From an uncultured delta proteobacterium (GTDB taxonomy: Bacteria; Desulfobacterota; Binatia; UBA9968): a DNA stretch of 64,000 nucleotides. Below the pieces are notes generated by a model that was not told the DNA's origin, did no database searches, and saw nothing but the letters and a program-made list of their open reading frames with translations. Location of the stretch: contig CAVUVW010000011.1 of the NCBI GenBank assembly GCA_963745035.1, positions 128,001-192,000 on the forward strand, written 5' to 3'. A program made the translations under genes and the position numbers. Each line of letters starts with the position of its first letter. Position 1 is the stretch's first letter. This document shows, one piece after another, positions 10,601 through 20,045 of the stretch.

Positions 10601-10869
10601 GACTCGATCCACAATTGCCCCAGGAAATGGAGCGGCTCGACATGCGCATTCGCTACCGCGGACATTCGCTCGATTTGCGGCTAACCCGCGATACCCTGAC
10701 AGTGCGCGGCCGCGAGCGCGGTGTCGCTGCGATCAAGCTGGGAATCAAAGACGAGGTATACGACTTTCAATGCGGCAGCACGCGCGTCTTCAAACTCACC
10801 CGCGAACAGGCTGAAAGCAATGCATCAGATAGGACGATCACCGCCAAGGGCCGAAGAGCCCGAAGCTAA
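7627..10869 (+). CDS. HAD beta-phosphoglucomutase-like domain fused to GH65 (trehalose/maltose phosphorylase-like)
   Basis: LFDLDGV, GKPAPD, VVEDA; LGNGYFATRG, YEGHIFWDE, GPDEFH, KQADV, HGSTLS. Confidence 0.92.
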   Translation: MTATAPIITLSPRDYDAVLFDLDGVLTKTATVHAAAWKKLFDGYLKQRAQDTGGPFVAFDIDADYLRYVDGKPRYDGVVSFLHSRGIDLPLGSAGDAPGTGTVHALGKLKDRYFTESLEEQGVETYEPTISLVRTLRAQEIKTAVVSSSNNCAAVLQAAGIAHLFDTRVDGREIARLALKGKPAPDAFLEAARRLAVEPSRVVVVEDAIAGVAAGRAGRFCCVIGVDRGGHSKALREAGANVVVTSLAQVRISPEPASAWTLVYEGYEPARERIREALCALGNGYFATRGAATWARADEIHYPGTYLACGYNRMRTDIAGRIVENEDLVNLPNWLPLEFRIGEEDWFDPATVTIRLYDQRLDLRRGMLLRTIRFEDRQGRQTTLKERRLVSMSDMHVAALELSLSAENWSAKVTVRASIDGRIVNSGAQLYLKFNNKHLELLERQVLDSDGVYMLVRTSQSHIYVAQAARTQAFVDGKIREVPRRVIEEPEYIGQEMVIDVRQGETLALEKIASFYTSRDQAISECGLAARKAIGRAGRFDAVMAEHVLSWKHLWRRFDVHIQPAEPGFKLNVLMLLRLNMFHLLQAVSPNSIGLDIGVPARGWTGEAYEGHIFWDELFIFPFLNYRMPEITRSLLLYRYRRLGEARAAARMAGLRGAMFPWQSGSDGQEETQELNFNPRSQRWVPDNSYLQRHVGSAIAYNAWQYYQVTHDVEFMQAHGAELILEIARFWSSIASFNEESGRYEISGVMGPDEFHEGYPGSSSPGLNNNAFTNLMAAWVLCRALDVLELLPDIRRAELSARLGLSPDEIVRWGEVSRKMVVPFHGDGIISQFTGYENLAELNWADYRARYGNIQRLDLILEAENDSANRYKLSKQADVLMLFYLFSAQELGELFRRLGYPFDPEMIHRNVAYYDARSSHGSTLSRVVHAWVLARSDRPRSMTYFAEALQSDVSDIQQGTTAEGVHLGAMAGSVDLVQRVSTGIEITGDVLRLDPQLPQEMERLDMRIRYRGHSLDLRLTRDTLTVRGRERGVAAIKLGIKDEVYDFQCGSTRVFKLTREQAESNASDRTITAKGRRARS

Positions 10870-11078
10870 ACCGTCGAGAGTCCTTGATGAACTTCGTGTG
10901 CTTCGCGATGAGATCCTATTAATGAATACAGGACGGAAAAATCTAATTGAAGTCAGGGTAAGCTGGTCGGGAGCGGACTGGCGGAAGAAGTTTGCTCTCG
11001 GCCTGCGAATCAGGAAGTCGCGGGATTTGGCGGCTTTGTGATCCCCATGGTGTCGCTCGCCGTGTCGATTGCTCGTGC

Positions 11079-11230
11079 TTGTCCGCCTTTTGTCCGTGTA
11101 CCAGAAACAACAAGCCCCAAGAACTGCCGTTGTAAGCAGCGCTCGGGGCTTGACTTTGTTGGGCTTTGACCGCTGCTTTAGGTTCTAGTCACGATCGATT
11201 TTCGAATGGCATTCAAGTGGTGACCGGGTC
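11079..11230 (+). other. att-like scar: arm-type repeats plus tRNA-Ala(GGC) fragment
   Basis: ttgtccg x2 (11079-11096); gaatggcattcaag-tggtgaccgg (11204-11230). Confidence 0.55.
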
Positions 11231-11307
11231 GGCCTAGCACGATCGAGCGGATAAAATCGTTATAGAGATTCTTGTAGCTCGCATCGTTGAATCCAGCATC
11301 GCGCCAG

Positions 11308-11334
11308 GATTGAACTGATTTCTCCATCAATTCA
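11308..11334 (+). repeat. Array repeat, left half only
   Basis: gccaggattgaactgatttctccatcaattca. Confidence 0.85.
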
Positions 11335-11719
11335 GGTGGAGCGCAGCGCTCGGTGCTTCCCCGGCCTCTCCAGACTGGGAGTCTGGCGCGGCGATATCTA
11401 TGGTGGCATGTCTGGAGGGAGAGATTTAGTCAGCGCTTTCGAGCGTGCAACCGTCCGGCGCGACCTTGAAGATTGAAGCATCGGGAATCGTCACGTAGCC
11501 GTCCAGCCGCTTGCAGTAGTACAGCTTGACGATCGTTTCGCTTGGTATCAGTTCGCCCTCCGGGTCAATGATTTCCCGAAGACAAAAATAAGCAAGCTGA
11601 AAAGAACGTCACCGAAGAAGAAGACAAGAAGAGCGCGCTTAATTGCAGGTGCCATTGTCACACGCCGAAACACAAGCACTAGCGGGTCTTCAGCTCTAAC
11701 TGTGCTTGATAAACGCGGA

Positions 11720-11932
11720 TCATCTGTCGTGGTCGATCCACTTCTTTCCGTAACGAATGCCCCAGGCTTCGGCTTCGGCTACCGAATCGAAGGTATCTTC
11801 CGGTTTCAAAGGTTGAAAAGTTTCGCGGCCCTCCTCACCCCAGGAGACCATGACGCTCGCAATCCATTTTTGGCTGTCTGGCGTCTGATGACCTACTGAT
11901 TCAATTCTACGGCTAGCGTACAGGCGTCTCAT
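11720..11932 (-). CDS. Small hypothetical protein
   Basis: EAEAWGIRYGKKWID motif shared with the 17590-17889 ORF; RBS gagg. Confidence 0.55.
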   Translation of the reverse strand: MRRLYASRRIESVGHQTPDSQKWIASVMVSWGEEGRETFQPLKPEDTFDSVAEAEAWGIRYGKKWIDHDR

Positions 11933-12187
11933 GGTTTCCTCGGGTCAAAAAATCCTTGGCTGGATATAAGTCCTGCCGTCCCAGCCGTTTTTCTTCCTAA
12001 ATTCCTGTAGGTACTGCTCTACCAAAAACTGCGCTTCCTGCTCCGAAATAATCCCATGCATCCGCGCAGACGCAATAGTTTTCCCCCAAATACGCGCTTC
12101 GAGTTCCGTCCGATTCACATGGCCTCCGAGTTTGAAAATCCAAAACGTCTACCATGTTCCATTCGGAAAGCCAACCGACAAACGTTC

Positions 12188-12502
12188 TCATGCTATCAGC
12201 GTATTGCTCGGGTCATCCGGCAAGTCAAGTTCGCCGACCTCACCTATCGGCTTGCCGATGTTCTTCTGAAGCACGGTATAAATTGTCCGGCAAACACTGG
12301 AGTCCCGGCACAACAGCCGGCCCATGTACGTCTCATCTTCAATTTGAGTTGTCAGGTAACAAATCGTGATCGGATTGACCCGAGAGAGGGCGACATTTGT
12401 CAGCGTGGCAGAATCATGTGGTACTTTTTTTTCGTGTGATCCCGACAGTGAGAGCCAATTCGGCGGCCAAGCGCTTATCCCAGGGTGTTCTCGTAGTTTC
12501 AT
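12188..12502 (-). CDS. Hypothetical protein
   Basis: 104-aa ORF with plausible composition (WPPNW...IGKPIGEVGELD). Confidence 0.5.
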   Translation of the reverse strand: MKLREHPGISAWPPNWLSLSGSHEKKVPHDSATLTNVALSRVNPITICYLTTQIEDETYMGRLLCRDSSVCRTIYTVLQKNIGKPIGEVGELDLPDDPSNTLIA

Positions 12503-12579
12503 GGCGCGCCGAATAAACAGAAATCACGCGTGGGTGTCAAGAGACCGCGGAAATTGTCAGAAAGCCGACAATAGGTAGC

Positions 12580-12798
12580 TGAAACGATTTGGCGGGAACC
12601 GGAGAGTTGTTGAGTGACTATCGCGAGAGTGTGGCCAAACATAGCGTCGGCCTCCATGCCGGTGGCATCGGCCATAATGTTTGCATAAACAGCCAAACCA
12701 GACATCGCGGTTAATTCCACTATTTCGGGCTGACCGAGGCCATGCGAGCGCACGCTTTCATAGTCTGCTTCAGATAAGCTCAGCACGCACATCAACAC
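12580..12798 (-). pseudogene. 3' fragment of a carboxymuconolactone decarboxylase/AhpD-like gene
   Basis: LSEADYESVRSHGL..EIVELTAMSGLAVYANIMADA. Confidence 0.55.
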
Positions 12799-13173
12799 GC
12801 ACCCCCGGGCTTGATTTGCTTGATTCGCCTGCGATAGAAGGCGCAGTTAGACCGCTTGCAGCGGTATCTGGAAAGGGGTTCCGCAGCAGTAACCACTTTG
12901 CAAGAGTGAGGAGGGTTCCGTCCGATGCAACACACCCCGAAGCTGAAGGAAAACCGACTTCAACGCTATTCCACAGAACGTCTCGTCATGGAACCGCATA
13001 GAGACAAACAGTTGATTCCAACTTGGTTGAAAACTTTCACATTCTTGGGAGCCGCCGGCGCCGCTTCTCTGATCGTGGCTGCGTCGCTTTTCACGCTTTC
13101 ACAACAGGATTTTCCACTGCTCCATGGATTCTTAAGTTGGTAACTCACCGCCGCCGCGGATCGTAACCAGGGA

Positions 13174-14175
13174 ATGCAGGCGCGTGCACATTTGTTCGCC
13201 CGGGGAAAACCTATGGATACGAAAACGGGAATGCTCATCCTGCTGATCGTCGGCCAATTGCTTGCTACTGACGTGTGGAATGTTCATTCGGCCGAAGAAG
13301 TCGTTGGACAATACTTTTTTCAATTCGGCATTGGTGAGGTTACTGGTGAGTTCTCAAAGGCAGAGCGGCGCTATACAATTTCGGGGAGGTATGCGGTCGG
13401 TCACGACTTCAACACTGAGCCACCGTTTAATCCCGCCAAACGGAAGCTGGAGGCCTCCTTCGACTGGGTCGCTGAGGGGCGATATAATCCTGCCACCAAC
13501 GCCACCAGCGAGAAATTGGATCTATTCAATACGAACACTCGCGCGTCTGCCGGGTCTCTTACATCAACAATGGTGTGCGACCGAGATCCATGGCTGGAGG
13601 CATCCGTCGGCCCGTGCCAATTTGTCGTTACCACTGCCAGTGGTAGCCCACCCGGGACATTCGTTTTAGATATCAGTCCAGTGGCCCCAAGCGTTCCGTT
13701 TTCGTCGGCGCTGACCACAACCGAACGTTGGCGGTTGAACCGTCAGTACGACATCTTCCTCGCGGCGCGCCAAAAACTCGAACCTTTACTGACGCCCACG
13801 TATGAATCGACCGCACCCAGTATCGTCGCGCCGGCTCAGAATGGCTACATGATTCACAGGAAGTCGAAATTTATTATCCAACCCGCTCCAAACTTCAGCG
13901 GCACCGAAATCCTCGTGGAGTTTACGCCGCCCGACGCACCCGCCGGCCAAGCTCCCGAGAAAGTTGTTTGGCAAATGTCAACAAGCATTCTTAGTCTGGG
14001 TGCCGATATTCCGTACGCGATCTTCGGAACACGGGAGGGGACCTGGGCAATGCGTGCCCGCATAAACGTGCCGACACCCGGCGCCTTTACCCGGGAAGTC
14101 CGATTTCAGTACCTTATGCAAAGTCCATTCGTGAACCTCCCGTCAGAGAGATCGGTTGAGCTGCCGGGTCGGTGA
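13174..14175 (+). CDS. Secreted hypothetical protein
   Basis: 333-aa ORF with hydrophobic leader after M at ~13213; no recognised domain. Confidence 0.6.
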   Translation: MQARAHLFARGKPMDTKTGMLILLIVGQLLATDVWNVHSAEEVVGQYFFQFGIGEVTGEFSKAERRYTISGRYAVGHDFNTEPPFNPAKRKLEASFDWVAEGRYNPATNATSEKLDLFNTNTRASAGSLTSTMVCDRDPWLEASVGPCQFVVTTASGSPPGTFVLDISPVAPSVPFSSALTTTERWRLNRQYDIFLAARQKLEPLLTPTYESTAPSIVAPAQNGYMIHRKSKFIIQPAPNFSGTEILVEFTPPDAPAGQAPEKVVWQMSTSILSLGADIPYAIFGTREGTWAMRARINVPTPGAFTREVRFQYLMQSPFVNLPSERSVELPGR

Positions 14176-14222
14176 GAAACTGATCGCCAAAAAGCGGCGT
14201 CGCGCCTTGCGTTATCCTTTTA

Positions 14223-14245
14223 ACTGAATTGAATTCTCCGCCGGT
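14223..14245 (+). repeat. Array repeat, degenerate left half
   Basis: actgaattgaattctccgccggt, resembles the 1886 left end. Confidence 0.5.
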
Positions 14246-14367
14246 ACACTAGCGTTCTCCAGCCAAAGCGATTTGACTGATGGACCCGTCACAGGAGAAG
14301 TCGACCGGCGTTTACTACGACAGCTCACTTAACAGGTGGTGTCGATACTACGCTCAAAGGACACATC

Positions 14368-14730
14368 GATGGAGAAGAGCGTCTGGGCGAGTGGCCAAGC
14401 GTATGAGCCCTACGTAGGTCGTTGGAGCCGACGGGCGGCTCGCGAGTTCGTCGGGTGGCTTGCGGTTCCGCCTGCTGCTCGGTGGCTTGATGTCGGATGC
14501 GGTACGGGAGCGCTGACTGAAACGATTCTGCGTTGCGCAAGTCCCTCCGAAGTTATGGTATCGCCCCTTCGGAGGGCTATCTTGGCCTCGCGCGCGAGCA
14601 GGTTCGAGATCCCAGAGTTCGCTTCGACGTCGGCGATGCTCGCCACCTTTTAGTTGAACCGGCGCGATGCGATGCTGTAGTGTCCGCACTCGTGCTCAAC
14701 TTCATTCCGGATCTTCCTGCGGGACTGGCG
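14368..14730 (+). pseudogene. Class I SAM methyltransferase, truncated and frameshifted
   Basis: AYEPYVGRWS..WLDVGCGTGAL; DAVVSALVLNFIPD then breaks. Confidence 0.75.
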
Positions 14731-14849
14731 GGCAGTCCGCGGCCGGGCATCCCAGTAGGGAGCAACGGTGAAGCATATTGCGGCCCAGCCAATCATTGCT
14801 GCGGACGCGGCAAATACGTTGCGCTGCTGAGTGACTCGGTTATTCCTGA

Positions 14850-14913
14850 GATTGAACTGATTTCTCCATCAAGCCAATCTTGCCAGATTAATGGTGCGTC
14901 GTTCAGTTCAATC
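14850..14913 (+). repeat. Array repeat, full copy
   Basis: gattgaactgatttctccatcaagcc...gcgtcgttcagttcaatc. Confidence 0.92.
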
Positions 14914-14989
14914 CTACGTCCAAATTAGCCTTTTCTCCCTCGATGAATCGGTTTTCCTTCTGCCGTAAATAACACTTTTCTCAGCTTCC

Positions 14990-16027
14990 GTGTCCGTGAT
15001 AAGTCTTGTCACGAACGAGGCGCGAAATGAAAAAACGAGTTGGTCATCAATCCTGGTTGCAGCCATGCTGCTCGCTGTTGCAGTCATAGCCGAGGCGCAG
15101 CAGCAGGCGAAGAAGGTACCTCGGATAGGGTATCTAGCATCGAGAGACCCGGCTACGGAGTCCACGCGGTCCGAGCCAGTTCGACTGGCTCTGCGGGAGC
15201 TTGGCTACATAGAAGGAAAGAACGTCGTCATCGACTACCGATATGCGGAGGGGAAGCGTGATCGCTACCCTGAGCTTCTGGCCGAACTGGTCCGTCTCAA
15301 GGTTGATGTCATCGTGGCAGCAGGAGGCGAGCCGACGGTCCGGGCGGCCATTAAAGCGACGAAGACGATTCCCATCGTAATGACAGGTGGTGGGGCCGAT
15401 CCTGTCGAGGCAGGCTATATCAAAAGCCTTGCCCGTCCCGGCGGCAACGTCACCGGCATTACGAACCTTGGCTTAGAGCTAGGCGGAAAACGGCTGGAGT
15501 TGCTCAAAGAAGCTCTTCCCAAGGTGGCCCGTGTCGCGGTTCTCTACGATCCGGCGGCAGGTTCAGACTTCCTACGCGAGGTGAATGAGGATCTCCCAAT
15601 CGCGGCACATGGGTTGGGTTTGGATATTCGGTCTTGGGAGGCACGAGCTGTGGGCGATTTCGAAAGGATATTCGCTGCGCTAAACAAGGAGCGCCCCGAT
15701 GGGCTCTATGTGACCGGGAGCCTGCTCTTTCATACTAACCGAAAACGGATTGTCGAGTTTGCGTTACAGAGCCGGTTACCGTCTGTATACAGTAGAAGAG
15801 AATATGTAGATGAAGGGGGGCTCATATACTATGGGGCGGACCTCGCGGACAGCTACCGGCGTGTCGCATATTACGTGGACAAAATTCTCAAAGGTACGAA
15901 GCCTGCGGACTTGCCTGTCGAACAACCTGCAAAGTTCGAGCTGGCGATCAATCTTAAAACCGCAAAGCAGATCGGTCTGACGATTCCACAAAAAGTGTTG
16001 TCGCGGGCGGATAAGGTGATCAAGTAA
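14990..16027 (+). CDS. ABC transporter substrate-binding protein (ABC_sub_bind type)
   Basis: PRIGYL, LRELGYIEGKN, SLARPGGNVTG, KPADLPVEQP.KFELAINLKTAKQIG, RADKVIK; true start probably ATG ~15028 with a frameshift. Confidence 0.92.
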   Translation: MSVISLVTNEARNEKTSWSSILVAAMLLAVAVIAEAQQQAKKVPRIGYLASRDPATESTRSEPVRLALRELGYIEGKNVVIDYRYAEGKRDRYPELLAELVRLKVDVIVAAGGEPTVRAAIKATKTIPIVMTGGGADPVEAGYIKSLARPGGNVTGITNLGLELGGKRLELLKEALPKVARVAVLYDPAAGSDFLREVNEDLPIAAHGLGLDIRSWEARAVGDFERIFAALNKERPDGLYVTGSLLFHTNRKRIVEFALQSRLPSVYSRREYVDEGGLIYYGADLADSYRRVAYYVDKILKGTKPADLPVEQPAKFELAINLKTAKQIGLTIPQKVLSRADKVIK

Positions 16028-16044
16028 CCACCCGGCGACGCTAG

Positions 16045-16104
16045 GATTGAACTGAATTCTCCATCTAATCAGTCTCGCCTTAGATCAACCTGAAGCGTCG
16101 TTCA
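16045..16104 (+). repeat. Array repeat, near-full copy (right IR decayed)
   Basis: ctaggattgaactgaattctccatc...tgaagcgtcgttca. Confidence 0.9.
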
Positions 16105-16227
16105 TGTTGGAGCCGCATTCGAAAAAGCGAAGATAGAGCGTACCCAAGGGCTTCTCGTAAATGCTCGATTCCGATCGGGTTAAAGCCCTCCAATAAAGCA
16201 TTTTCTTCCTTCCCAAATTTTTTACAC

Positions 16228-16260
16228 GATCAAACTGAAGCGTCGTTTAGTTGAATTCTA
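16228..16260 (+). repeat. Array repeat, right half only
   Basis: gatcaaactgaagcgtcgtttagttgaattcta. Confidence 0.75.
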
Positions 16261-16646
16261 GGCGCGCCAACCCTGCCGCCAAGCTGAAAGCGCCTCGCAA
16301 AAAACTGTTTCACCTCCGCTGTTTCTCAGAGAAACGGAGGTGACGGTGACCTCTGTCCGTACAAGAAAATTCATCGATCCGCCGTTGGAGGCCCACCGCC
16401 TCGGGCTACTCATTAAAGGGATGTGAGTAAATTTCCTACCGACTCTAACTCTGAGTGTCTGCTTATCCAAACATTGTGAAAGGTTTGTTCACTAAATTTC
16501 ACGCGGTTGTGCTGGCATATGGATTGCCAGACTAAAAAGGATGTGAATTCACCTACTCAGCCCTACGAAGCGCGACTTGTGTGTAGGGTCAGTCGTTTTT
16601 AACCGGGATGGCCTTAAAAAGAGAAATAAAACAAATAAAGTAGTTT

Positions 16647-17066
16647 ATGAAAAAAATCTTCTCGGCGCTCCTATTTTTACAACTCTTGGTGTTGGCATTG
16701 ATGGCGCCGAATCTGTTTGCAGATGAAAGACGGGAATTCATTTCGAAAACAATGAATCCGGAGGTTCAAAAGCTTTTGGAAAACTGCGGCAGAGAAATAA
16801 TTGGCGAGGAGCCATTTTCAAGCAAGAATAATAATATCATGAACTATATGATCGGCTTTTATGATACCGATCACGGTTTGCTTGTTACGCTTCAAGCATT
16901 ACAGCAACGATTAAATGAGCATGGACGCGCGATCCCGGATGTTTATTCTAGCGAACTTGTGGCGATTGTATTCGTTGATCGATCGCTCTTGTGGTATAAA
17001 TCTCAAACCGCTAAGAGCACCTTAAAAGCAAAAATGGCGCGGTTAATGCAAAACCGATCTATTTAA
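16647..17066 (+). CDS. Secreted hypothetical protein (AT-rich)
   Basis: MKKIFSALLFLQLLVLA signal peptide; low GC. Confidence 0.6.
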   Translation: MKKIFSALLFLQLLVLALMAPNLFADERREFISKTMNPEVQKLLENCGREIIGEEPFSSKNNNIMNYMIGFYDTDHGLLVTLQALQQRLNEHGRAIPDVYSSELVAIVFVDRSLLWYKSQTAKSTLKAKMARLMQNRSI

Positions 17067-17246
17067 GCAGGCACCCTGCTTTTTATTTTTCTTTGAGTCC
17101 CGCATCGTAACATACCTCGAACTCCTCTCAACTTAGACGCCCTCCGTGCCGTTATCATCGAGCGCCGAACACTTTGCGAGTGACCCCTCACCCGTTTGGG
17201 TAGATCTTAGGAACCAGTTTATTAAACAACCATGCGACGATGCCAG

Positions 17247-17294
17247 GATTGAACTGAATTCTCCATCAACGCAATCTCGCCTGAAACACATTGA
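17247..17294 (+). repeat. Array repeat, left half plus core
   Basis: gccaggattgaactgaattctccatcaacgcaatctcgc...cacattga. Confidence 0.88.
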
Positions 17295-17589
17295 CGTTCG
17301 CATGTGTCCTCAGTGTAAGTCGCCGCACGTGCCGAAAGACCAGAGGCGGGAGCGCTAAGATGCCATTTCGCGTTATGCGGCGATGGGCCTTATACATGCG
17401 ACATTTCCCGTTCTCGCGAATGGAAAACTTAGATGTTTAGAACGCGCAGCGAGAGAGAGGAGGCAGAAAATGTGTGGACTAGAAATCTTTACTGATTAGA
17501 GTGCGGCTATCCCATGGATGGTTGGTGGTTACTCAGTACGTTTGGTCGGGACTTGGAATATCTGCCAAACAGGCATCAGTCGCCCGTGG

Positions 17590-17889
17590 TTACTTGATCA
17601 CTCTATCCGAAGCGCCCATATCCAAAGTGTCCTCTCTCCCCGCCCGCGCCAGCACATTCGGCGGAATCGTCACCCGCGATGAACGTTCGGCGTCCGGGAC
17701 GAGTGACAGATCCGGTTTTCCATCATCGATCCATTTCTTTGCGAATCTAAGACCGTCCATTTCCGCTTCTTCTCGTAGACGAAACGTTCGATTAACAGTT
17801 AACTTACTAGTTATCCCTTTACCATCTTCGCTCCAAATTATTGTAAGGCATAGCTTCCACTGACGCGGGGCCAGTCGCGAGGAGGACAC
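17590..17889 (-). CDS. Small hypothetical protein fused to ABC-SBP C-terminal remnants
   Basis: EAEMDGLRFAKKWIDDGKP followed by TIPPNVLARA...DRVIK*. Confidence 0.5.
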   Translation of the reverse strand: MSSSRLAPRQWKLCLTIIWSEDGKGITSKLTVNRTFRLREEAEMDGLRFAKKWIDDGKPDLSLVPDAERSSRVTIPPNVLARAGREDTLDMGASDRVIK

Positions 17890-17959
17890 GAGGATCCTAT
17901 GACCTTTGTGAGTTGCGTTGATGAATTTTTCTCCTAGATGTTGGTGGGCGAGTTCCTAC

Positions 17960-18352
17960 TTAGGAAGCCAGCAAATGGGTCCGCAGGACATCCCGTAGCA
18001 GTGGCAATTGTAACGGCTTGTACAAGATCTCTGCAGCGCCGGCATTAAGCGCGCGGTCGGCACGTTCTTCAACGTTGAAGTCGGTGGTCCACCCGCTATT
18101 TAAGACCACCGGGATATTGCGAGTGGACATATTCCTCTTTAATTGCACCGTTACTTCATCTCCATTTAACCCGGGCAAACGTATGTCCATCATGATCAGA
18201 TCAGGACGAAGGCTGAAAGCCTTGTCGAGGCCCTCTGGACCCGTAGCCGCTTCGACAACTTCGTGGCCCAAACCATTGAAAAACCCTCGAAGCGATTCTC
18301 GAAACTTTTCGTTGCCATCGACGATCAATATTTTTTTAGCCGTGTTGTGCAT
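17960..18352 (-). CDS. Single-domain response regulator (CheY/DivK-like)
   Basis: KILIVD, PDLIMMDIRLPGLNG, LYKP. Confidence 0.88.
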   Translation of the reverse strand: MHNTAKKILIVDGNEKFRESLRGFFNGLGHEVVEAATGPEGLDKAFSLRPDLIMMDIRLPGLNGDEVTVQLKRNMSTRNIPVVLNSGWTTDFNVEERADRALNAGAAEILYKPLQLPLLRDVLRTHLLAS

Positions 18353-18525
18353 GGAAGAAGCCTAGCAGCACAAGATATGCCAGCGCTTCAAATGTCAGTA
18401 TTTTGGTATTTTGTCGCCTTTAGCGCCTATGCAGCGATGTTTGGCGCTGCGACTTGCTTGGAGAATGACTGTCACTTTGCCAAGATTCGCGGGCCGTGCC
18501 TGCTCAGCCTTGGCGTTAGCGCCAG

Positions 18526-18594
18526 GATTGAACTGCATTCTCCATCAACGCAATCTCGCGTGGCATCAACATTGAAGCGTCGTTCAGTTCAATC
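18526..18594 (+). repeat. Array repeat, full copy abutting an attC-like 3' end
   Basis: gctcagccttggcGTTAGCG-ccag-gattgaactgcattctcc...gttcagttcaatc. Confidence 0.95.
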
Positions 18595-19202
18595 TCAGGC
18601 TAAATCTGGTCCTCCCAGTCGACGAATATCTGTTGCCTTCGTATCGTAAATCCGAGTTTCGTAGCGATTCGAATTCAGCCAGATCTTCGAGGCTCATCGC
18701 CCAGGATAAACAAAGACTCTGCCGGGAAATCTCCCCTTGGGCTAAAACGTGGGATCAATACATCATCGCGCCGGATTATGATTATAATTTACTCGGTGGG
18801 TGCGCTGGGTGTAGAGTTCGTATATTGGTTGAATCTCTCTTTTAAGGGGAAACTTTATGGATAAAAATGCGCCTGGCCTTGATGTCGGAACTAAGTGCGG
18901 ACATTCGTGTACAAGACTAGATGGCCCCATTAAGAATGACTTTGGTTGTTGTATTTGTATGGGCGAGACGCAGTTGTGTACATCGTGCGAAAAGAGAAGA
19001 CTCTCGGAAGATCCCGTTGGGGAGAAGGACGAAAGTGTCAACACACCTGGAAGCCGAAAAGATTAAGGTTTAGGAACCGGCGTTGGATCGACGGCCTCGG
19101 CTAGAATAGCGCGAATCAACCGGATCTTTTGCCCGACAACTTTTTGAGATCGTAAGTTACGGTCTCGTGGCGCGGGCGGGTAAAGTGATGAAGTGACGCC
19201 AA

Positions 19203-19236
19203 GATTGAACTGTATTCTCCATCAATTCAATTTCAC
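19203..19236 (+). repeat. Array repeat, left half
   Basis: gccaagattgaactgtattctccatcaattcaat. Confidence 0.85.
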
Positions 19237-19321
19237 GTCGATGACCCTGGAGTGCTACGGTCCGTGCTGCCCGGCCCTTTTCCTGCGCGGGCGGACAGAG
19301 TGATAAAATAAGGAGCGCATT

Positions 19322-19984
19322 ATGATCGGTGCCAAGGCTCTGTTAGAAGGGATTCGGCAAGATTTGCAGCCCGTCACGGAACGGCTTCTGGGGCATCCTT
19401 ACGTGAAGGCTCTGGAGGAAGGGCAGATTGAGCGGGAGAAGCTCCGTCTTTTTGCCGGCGAGCAGTACAGCATCATAGCGAGTGATCTCAAAAGCGTCGC
19501 TTATTTGCTTAGCCGCTTCGGTAGCGCTCCGAGCCGTGATTTCTTTCTCGGAATCCTGCAGGGTGAAAGAGCTGCCTGGGATGGCTTGCTAACGTTCGTC
19601 AATGCCCTCGGCCTAAGCGAAGCTCAACTGAGCAAGCACGAGCCAGCGGCTGGCGCTCATGCCTACACCTGCTACATGGCGTGGCTTGCGCTCTATGCCT
19701 CTGACGCCGAGATTGCTGCTGCCTACCTGGTCAATTTTCCAGCGTGGGGTCAGAACTGTGGCCGCCTGAGCCGGATTCTGAAAGAGCGTTTCGGTATGGG
19801 CGAGAAGGAAGTCGCTTTTTTTGATCTCTTCGCCTCTCCTCCAACTACATTTGAAGCCGACGCTCTGAAAGTTATTCAGCAGGGACTCGATCGAGGCATC
19901 GAGCCGAGCCTGATCCAACGGGCGGCTCGGTTACTCCAGGCCTACGAGCTCATGTATTGGGATACCCTCTACGGGGCGTCTTAG
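19322..19984 (+). CDS. TenA/THI-4 (heme-oxygenase-like) family protein
   Basis: HPYVKALEEG, AHAYTCYMAWL, NFPAWG, YELMYWD. Confidence 0.8.
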   Translation: MIGAKALLEGIRQDLQPVTERLLGHPYVKALEEGQIEREKLRLFAGEQYSIIASDLKSVAYLLSRFGSAPSRDFFLGILQGERAAWDGLLTFVNALGLSEAQLSKHEPAAGAHAYTCYMAWLALYASDAEIAAAYLVNFPAWGQNCGRLSRILKERFGMGEKEVAFFDLFASPPTTFEADALKVIQQGLDRGIEPSLIQRAARLLQAYELMYWDTLYGAS

Positions 19985-20045
19985 CCGTGCTGGCAGGGCG
20001 GATAAAGTGATCGAGTGAGCGAAGAAAACCAAGCGGCAATGCTAG

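Noticed and set aside
6772-11230. Intact tRNA genes
   Set aside because: Only anticodon-arm fragments are present, with no D arm, complete T arm or acceptor stem.
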